A stretch of 64,000 nt of DNA from Bacillota bacterium (GTDB taxonomy: Bacteria; Bacillota; SHA-98; UBA4971). The translations under genes and the position numbers were made by a program. The notes below the pieces were generated by a model. The model worked only from the letters and a program-made list of their open reading frames with translations. It had not been told where the DNA came from and ran no database searches. Shown one piece after another: positions 58,385 to 64,000 of this stretch (within the stretch, counting starts at the first letter, position 1; each line of letters begins with the position of its first letter). Location: the NCBI GenBank assembly GCA_012516125.1, contig JAAYXB010000010.1, positions 15,984 to 79,983 on the forward strand, given 5' to 3'.

Positions 58385-59268
58385 TCCACGTTCACCCCCA
58401 GAGCCCTCCAGATGGCGCGCCTCGCAATGGCCTCCAGAGCAGGCTTCTTGTAGTCCGTGGACCAGCGCACGCCCGTCCTTCTCACCATCTCCTCCGCCAC
58501 TTCGCGCGCCGCCGCATCGACAGTGGCCTCGTCAGGAACCTTGCCCGCAAGGATCTCCTCGGCTGAGGACACCTGCGCAGGCATGGGCAGGCACGCCCCT
58601 GGGGCGATCGCCGCCCGCACCACGCGGCCGGCGCCATCGCGCTCGATAACCACAGCGCAGCTCAACCGCGCGATGGCGAGCGCCTCCCGCCTCCCCAGCT
58701 TTACAAAAGCGGACCGGCACGTCGGAGGAAGCGCGTCGAAATAGACCCCCACGAGGACCTCCCCTGGCTGCGCGGAGTTCCTGTATGGCCCCTCGAATAT
58801 GTCGGTGATGAGGATGTCCCGCGTGCCGCCGAGGTCGGAAAGCCGCACCCTCGCCGAAAGAGCTACGAGCGCCGGGATGGTGTCCGCGGCTGGCGAGGCG
58901 TTCATGATGTTCCCGCCGATGGTGCCCCGCGCGCGGATTTGCGGTGAACCCACGCTCGCGCATGCCTCCGCGAGAAGCGGCGCGCCCTTCCTGATGATGG
59001 GGTTCCGCGCGATCTCCTCGTGGGTCGTGAGCGCCCCAATCCTGATGGTGCCACTCGCGCTGGACACGCCCGCAAGCCCCGGGATCCGCGAGATGTCCAC
59101 AAGCCACCGCAGGCCATCCGCCCCGCCGCGCTCGGGGCGCCGTCTCAGTTGCACCAGGACGTCTGTGCCCCCGGCGATGACCCTGGCGTGCTCGGCGTGC
59201 TCCCGCAGGAACTCGCTAGCCTCCCTCAAGGTCTCCGGCACCACGTACCCGAGTTTTCGAGGGCTCAT
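58381..59268 (-). CDS. Mo-hydroxylase FAD subunit (XdhB/CoxM-like)
   Basis: IAGGTDV, IGAL.T, QIRARGTIGGN..NASPAAD. Confidence 0.93.
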   Translation of the reverse strand: MSPRKLGYVVPETLREASEFLREHAEHARVIAGGTDVLVQLRRRPERGGADGLRWLVDISRIPGLAGVSSASGTIRIGALTTHEEIARNPIIRKGAPLLAEACASVGSPQIRARGTIGGNIMNASPAADTIPALVALSARVRLSDLGGTRDILITDIFEGPYRNSAQPGEVLVGVYFDALPPTCRSAFVKLGRREALAIARLSCAVVIERDGAGRVVRAAIAPGACLPMPAQVSSAEEILAGKVPDEATVDAAAREVAEEMVRRTGVRWSTDYKKPALEAIARRAIWRALGVNVE

Positions 59269-61634
59269 GCCTGCTCACTTCCTCTCTTGCCGCGCGCGGC
59301 CTTGAGTGACCGCCCGAGCAGCACTTTCTCGAGATCCAGCGGAAGCTCGCGGATCCTCCTGCCAGTCGCGTGGCACACGGCGTTCGCGATGGCCGGCGCG
59401 AGAAGCTCGCACGTGGGCTCGCCGATGGTCTTGGCGCCGTATGGGCCGTAAGGATCAGGGTTCTCGACCACGATCGGAATCACTTCGGGAACGTCCATGG
59501 ACGTGGCAATCAGGTACTCGTCGAAGTTCCGGGTCCTTGTGACGCCCCTCGCCATCTCGACCTCCTCCAGGAGGCCGTACCCCATTCCCATGGCCACGCC
59601 GCCGTATATCTGCCCCTCCACCGTCGCGGGGTTTATGGCTCGACCCACGTCGTGCGCGGCAGCCACCTTCAGTACCCTGACCTTGCCCGTCTCGGTGTCC
59701 ACTTCTACCTCGGCCGCCTGGCACCCGTACACATACGTAAAGTAGGCCCTCCCCTGGCCGTGCTCCTCATCCCACCAAACCTTCGGACCTTTGTACCATC
59801 CGAAGGCGGCCATAAGCTCGCCACGGTTGTACGCGGCCCGCGCAACCTCGCCGAAGCTCAAGCTTCGCCCCGGGTCGCCGTCTACGAATATCCTGCCGCC
59901 TGATGCCTTGAGCGCCTCGCAAGACGTCCCGAGCATCTCCCCGGCCACCGCCAGGAGCGTCTCGCGGACCTTCCGGGCGGCGTCACGCACGGCGTTCCCG
60001 CCCATGGTGGTGCTGCGCGACGCCACCGTCGGGCCACCGTCGGGGATGAGCGAGGTATCGGTGTCCATGAACACGACGTCTTCGAGGTTGCACCCGAGTT
60101 CCTCCGCGGCTATCTGGCTGAAGATCGTGCGCAGACCCTGGCCGTTCTCGGCAAGGCCGGCATAGACGTAAACGCTGCCGTCCTGCTGCACCGAGACGAT
60201 GGCGCCGGTGGCGTCGACTCCCTCCCCGCCCAGGCTGACGCCGCGATAGCTTGCGGCGAGCCCGACACCGCGGACCTTCTTCGTCCCTGCCCGCCGCGCC
60301 GCTTCAGAATAGGCTTTTCTTTTCTCCCGGTACCCGATGGCGTCCGCCGCCTTCTGCATGACCTCCACGAGGCTCACCGCGTGGTCGTCCAGTGCCTGCC
60401 CGGTGGCGGTAACCGACCCCGGCCGAAAGCCGTTCTTCAGGCGAAGGTCCAGCGGGTCCATGCCCAGCTCCGCGGCAAGCTCGTCCATCAGGGACTCATG
60501 AGCGAAGATGATCTGCGGGCTTCCGAACCCCCTCATGGCGCCCGCGTAAGTGTTGTTCGTGTATACCCCGTATACGTCGGTCTTCACGTTGGGCACCTCG
60601 TAGGGCCCCGTAGCCTGCACCACCGAGCGCCATGTCACAAACGGCGTCATCGAGGCGTAGGCCCCGCCATCGGCGAGGATGCGTATCTCCATGGCCTGGA
60701 GCTTGCCGTCTCTTGTCGCGCCAACCTTATACTTGAGCACGTAGGGATGCCGCTTGTAACCCTCGACGATGGACTCCTCGCGGGTGTTCACCATCTTCAC
60801 CGGCCGCCCCGTCTTCAGGGCCGCCAGCGCCACCCGCGCGCACATGCAGGACATGATGTCGTCCTTGCCCCCGAAGGACCCGCCCATTGCGCACTGGATG
60901 ACGCGGACCTTGTTCAGGCTGACCCCGAGGACCTCCGCCACCACGCGCCTCGCGGTAAACGGGTTCTGAATGGACCCGTAAACCGTGACGGACCCCTCGC
61001 CGGGGTTCGGCACCGCCACCGCAGCCTCGGGCTCGATGTAGGCGTGCTCGATGAACTGAGTGCGGTACTCGCGCTCGGTCACCACGTCGGACGCAGCAAA
61101 GCCCGCGTCCACGTCGCCCTTTCGGACCTTGTGATGGTTCACGATGTTGCCGGGCGCATGGTCGTGCAGGACCGGCGCGCCCTCCGCGAGGGCTTCCTCG
61201 GGCGAGAACACGGCCGGAAGCTCGTCGTATTCAACCCGCACAAGCTCAAGAGCCTTGTCGGCTGCCTCAAGCGAAGTCGCCACGATCATTGCCACACCGT
61301 CGCCCAGATAACGCGTCTTGTCGAAAGCGAGCACAGGCATGTCCCGCTTCACCGGCCCGAAGGTCCTCGCGCCGGGGATGTCTTCGTGAGTGATGACTGC
61401 GACCACCCCGGGGACCTTCCGGGCTTCGCTTGCGTCGATGCGGATGATCCTCGCGTGCGGGAACCTCGCCCGCAGCATGCGTGCATGGAGCATCCCATCG
61501 AAGTACAGGTCCGCCCCGAACTTCGCCCTGCCCGTCACCTTCTCGACCGCGTCCACCCGCTTCGCCCGGTGGCGCACTATGCTGAACTCATCCTGCGGGC
61601 CGTCCTTCGCAGCCTTATCTCTCGCAGTCTCCAC
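59265..61634 (-). CDS. Xanthine dehydrogenase family molybdopterin-binding subunit
   Basis: HAYIEPE, GGSFGGK, AMRGFGSPQ, ENGQG, TVASR, AKTIGEP. Confidence 0.93.
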   Translation of the reverse strand: METARDKAAKDGPQDEFSIVRHRAKRVDAVEKVTGRAKFGADLYFDGMLHARMLRARFPHARIIRIDASEARKVPGVVAVITHEDIPGARTFGPVKRDMPVLAFDKTRYLGDGVAMIVATSLEAADKALELVRVEYDELPAVFSPEEALAEGAPVLHDHAPGNIVNHHKVRKGDVDAGFAASDVVTEREYRTQFIEHAYIEPEAAVAVPNPGEGSVTVYGSIQNPFTARRVVAEVLGVSLNKVRVIQCAMGGSFGGKDDIMSCMCARVALAALKTGRPVKMVNTREESIVEGYKRHPYVLKYKVGATRDGKLQAMEIRILADGGAYASMTPFVTWRSVVQATGPYEVPNVKTDVYGVYTNNTYAGAMRGFGSPQIIFAHESLMDELAAELGMDPLDLRLKNGFRPGSVTATGQALDDHAVSLVEVMQKAADAIGYREKRKAYSEAARRAGTKKVRGVGLAASYRGVSLGGEGVDATGAIVSVQQDGSVYVYAGLAENGQGLRTIFSQIAAEELGCNLEDVVFMDTDTSLIPDGGPTVASRSTTMGGNAVRDAARKVRETLLAVAGEMLGTSCEALKASGGRIFVDGDPGRSLSFGEVARAAYNRGELMAAFGWYKGPKVWWDEEHGQGRAYFTYVYGCQAAEVEVDTETGKVRVLKVAAAHDVGRAINPATVEGQIYGGVAMGMGYGLLEEVEMARGVTRTRNFDEYLIATSMDVPEVIPIVVENPDPYGPYGAKTIGEPTCELLAPAIANAVCHATGRRIRELPLDLEKVLLGRSLKAARGKRGSEQA

Positions 61635-61688
61635 CTGCCTTAAGCCTCCTTCCCCGCTCCCTCCGCGCCCCTAATCACTTACGACCCT

Positions 61689-64000
61689 TTACGCACCCGC
61701 GGGCTCCCCCGCCTGCTTCCTGAGGGCCATGTACACCCTCTCCGCCGTGGCCGGGATGTGCGTTATCCAGATCCCGGTCGCATCGTGGATGGCATTGGTG
61801 ATGGCAGGAGTGATGGGCACGCACACCGCCTCGCCGATCCCCTTGGCGCCGAAGGGCCCCGATGGCTCGAGCTCTTCCACGATTATGGTTTCTATCTCGG
61901 GCGCGTCCACGGAGGTCGGGATTATGTATGTGGAGAAGTTCGGCGTCTTCGTGATCCCCTGTTCGATGACGGTGTCCTCCATCAGGGCATATCCCATCCC
62001 CATGACCACGCCGCCCTCCGACTGCGCCTCGATTCCCACGGGGTTTATGGCTTTGCCAGGGTCAGGAATGGACACAGCCCGGAGAACCTCCACCTCGCCG
62101 GTGAGGGTGTTCACCTCCACGAGGGCGACCTGAGTGATGTAGGAGTATATCAGGTGCGGCAGGCCGAAATACCCTTCAACGCCCCTGTCGGCCACGGGCC
62201 AGATGAAGTCGCCCTCGGTTTTCAGCCTCCTGCCCTTGCTCTCGGCGATGCATGCGATCTCGCGGAACGAAAGCCGCCCGGCCGAACGTGTGGGCTCGCC
62301 CGCCGGACAGGACCGCGCCTCCACGCTCCCACGCCCGAAAGCGATCTCCTCGCGCGGCGCGCCGAGCGCCTCTGCGGCCACGTCGGCAATGGCCTCGCGC
62401 ATCCTCGCCGCCGCGCACCGGATGGCGTTTCCGCCGGTGTACACCGAGCGCGACGCCGTGGACGTGCCGGAGTCCAGCGTGTACCTGGAGTCCCCCGATA
62501 CCATCACGATATCCTCAACAGAGCAGCCAAGGCTGTCCGCGGCCATCTGCGCGAACGCCGTGGTGTTGCCCTGGCCGATCTCGGGACAGCTCACTCCCAC
62601 GGCAAACCGTCCATCCGGGAGAAGCTCGATGGTGGCCGCCCCGTAGTCCGGTAGCCCCACGCCGAGCCCGCACCCGTGAAGCTCTGTTGCGATCCCGACG
62701 CCCCGTTTCTTGTGGGGCGCTGAAGGCCTCGCCTTCAGCTCCTCCCGCCGCACCCATATCTCGCATTTTGACGCCGCGTCAAGCGTGGCCACGGCCCCCA
62801 CGGAGGCCGTCATCGTGTGGCCGAGGGCCGCCACATCTCCCTGCCGGAGGGCGTTCTTGCGGCGGAACTCGAGCCTGTCCATGCCAAGGCGCTCGGCGAT
62901 CATGTCTATCTGCGTCTCCAGCGCGAATATCACCTGGTTCGCGCCGAAGCCACGGAACGCCCCGGCCAGGCCGTTATTCGTGTACACGCAGAACCCCTCG
63001 AGCTTCACGTTGGGCATGCGATAGGCTCCGCACGAATGCTCGATGGCAAGGTTCACGACAGGTCCCCCGAGGGACGCGTACGCCCCTGTGTCAGCGACCA
63101 CGCGCACCTCGTTGGCGAGAAGCGTGCCGTCGGCCGCCGCCGCGGTCTTCATGCGGATCTTCATCGGATGGCGCTTCATCCCAGCGACCGCCGATTCCTC
63201 CCGCGAAAGCACGATCTTTACTGGGCGGCCGGTGCGAAGCGCGAGGAGCGCGAGGTATATCTGGACGGTTATCTCATCCTTGCCTCCGAAGGCGCCGCCG
63301 GTAGGTGTGGATACGACTTGGATCTTCCTGGGGTTCATGCCGAGGGCACGCGCTATCTGAAGCTGATCCCTGAACGGATGCTGGCTTCCGCACCAGACGG
63401 TTATGTTGCCATCCTCGTCCATCGTGGCGACGCCGCTTTCCGTCTCCATGAAGGCGTGCATTTGCCTGGGAGTGTAATAGGTGTTCTCGACCACGACCGC
63501 AGCCTCTCGGAAGGCCGCGTCCACGTCGCCGCGCTCCACCTTGATGTGATGGTGGATGTTCCCGTCGGCGTGCACCTTCGGCGACGACTCCAGCATCGCC
63601 TCCTCGGGGTCGTCCACCACCGGAAGAGGCTCGTACTCAACCTCGATCGCCCGCAGAGCCTCGCTCGCCTTCTCCTTGGAGGTCGCCGCCACCAGCGCGA
63701 CCGCATCGCCCATATATCGTACCTTATCGAAGCAGAGGACGGGCTGGTCGGGAACGACGATGCCGAAGCCGTTGAGGCCGGGCACATCCTTGTGGGTCAG
63801 CACGGCAACCACGCCGTCTATGGCCTCGGCCTTCGAGGTGTCTATCTTCTTGATCAGGGCATGCGGATGCGCGCTCCGTAGGACCGCGCCCCAGAGCATG
63901 CCCGGAAACGAAAGGTCAGACATGAACTTGAGCCTGCCGGTGACCTTGTCCGCCGCATCGATGCGGGAAACCCGGGCACCTACCCATCTGGGCTCATCCA
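61689..64000 (-). CDS. Second xanthine dehydrogenase family Mo-binding subunit (PucD-like), 5' end beyond the window
   Basis: DKVTG.LKF, HAFMETE, GGAFGGK, AFRGFG, EIGQG, GAKGIGE; frame open to the edge. Confidence 0.92.
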   Translation of the reverse strand, partial: DEPRWVGARVSRIDAADKVTGRLKFMSDLSFPGMLWGAVLRSAHPHALIKKIDTSKAEAIDGVVAVLTHKDVPGLNGFGIVVPDQPVLCFDKVRYMGDAVALVAATSKEKASEALRAIEVEYEPLPVVDDPEEAMLESSPKVHADGNIHHHIKVERGDVDAAFREAAVVVENTYYTPRQMHAFMETESGVATMDEDGNITVWCGSQHPFRDQLQIARALGMNPRKIQVVSTPTGGAFGGKDEITVQIYLALLALRTGRPVKIVLSREESAVAGMKRHPMKIRMKTAAAADGTLLANEVRVVADTGAYASLGGPVVNLAIEHSCGAYRMPNVKLEGFCVYTNNGLAGAFRGFGANQVIFALETQIDMIAERLGMDRLEFRRKNALRQGDVAALGHTMTASVGAVATLDAASKCEIWVRREELKARPSAPHKKRGVGIATELHGCGLGVGLPDYGAATIELLPDGRFAVGVSCPEIGQGNTTAFAQMAADSLGCSVEDIVMVSGDSRYTLDSGTSTASRSVYTGGNAIRCAAARMREAIADVAAEALGAPREEIAFGRGSVEARSCPAGEPTRSAGRLSFREIACIAESKGRRLKTEGDFIWPVADRGVEGYFGLPHLIYSYITQVALVEVNTLTGEVEVLRAVSIPDPGKAINPVGIEAQSEGGVVMGMGYALMEDTVIEQGITKTPNFSTYIIPTSVDAPEIETIIVEELEPSGPFGAKGIGEAVCVPITPAITNAIHDATGIWITHIPATAERVYMALRKQAGEPAGA

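Overview
64-kb GC-rich window from a spore-forming, probably anaerobic Bacillota chromosome. This is inferred from T-boxes, an L20 leader, ytxC, yqzL, SigG/SigE/SigK-type promoters, an [FeFe]-hydrogenase and AOR. Most genes are on the minus strand. 1-33 kb is largely core: DUF421 gene, Rad52-like gene, ytpB, polX-cvpA-zapA, T-box-tlyA-pheS-pheT, infC-rpmI-rplT, T-box-thrS, ytxC, six tRNAs, mreB-like, sirtuin, OGG, UPF0182. 33-37 kb holds the best candidate for an undescribed system: a radical SAM/SPASM RiPP locus. It comprises a LuxR-type regulator, an unannotated 33-aa precursor candidate with a strong RBS, an RRE-rSAM-SPASM enzyme, a CPBP protease and a small ORF, and is preceded by a promoter/terminator-bounded structured RNA. 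37-46 kb is a sigma54 operon (LarA-family racemase, tripartite tricarboxylate transporter, tartrate/D-malate dehydrogenase). 47-64 kb is a purine/nucleoside catabolism region: two Mo-hydroxylase large subunits, FAD and 2Fe-2S subunits, SsnA, a PLP enzyme, then [FeFe]-hydrogenase, ferredoxin, AOR, a deaminase and MoeB. Two miniature mobile-element families are visible. One is a 126/199-bp palindromic MITE in seven copies, bounded by CTA-AGTGAGGG...CCCTCACT-TAG. The other is a 186-bp element built from IS200/IS605 (IscB/HEARO-type) ends, plus one remnant. No CRISPR array or rRNA was seen. All calls come from reading the sequence and recalling motifs; no database searches were run.
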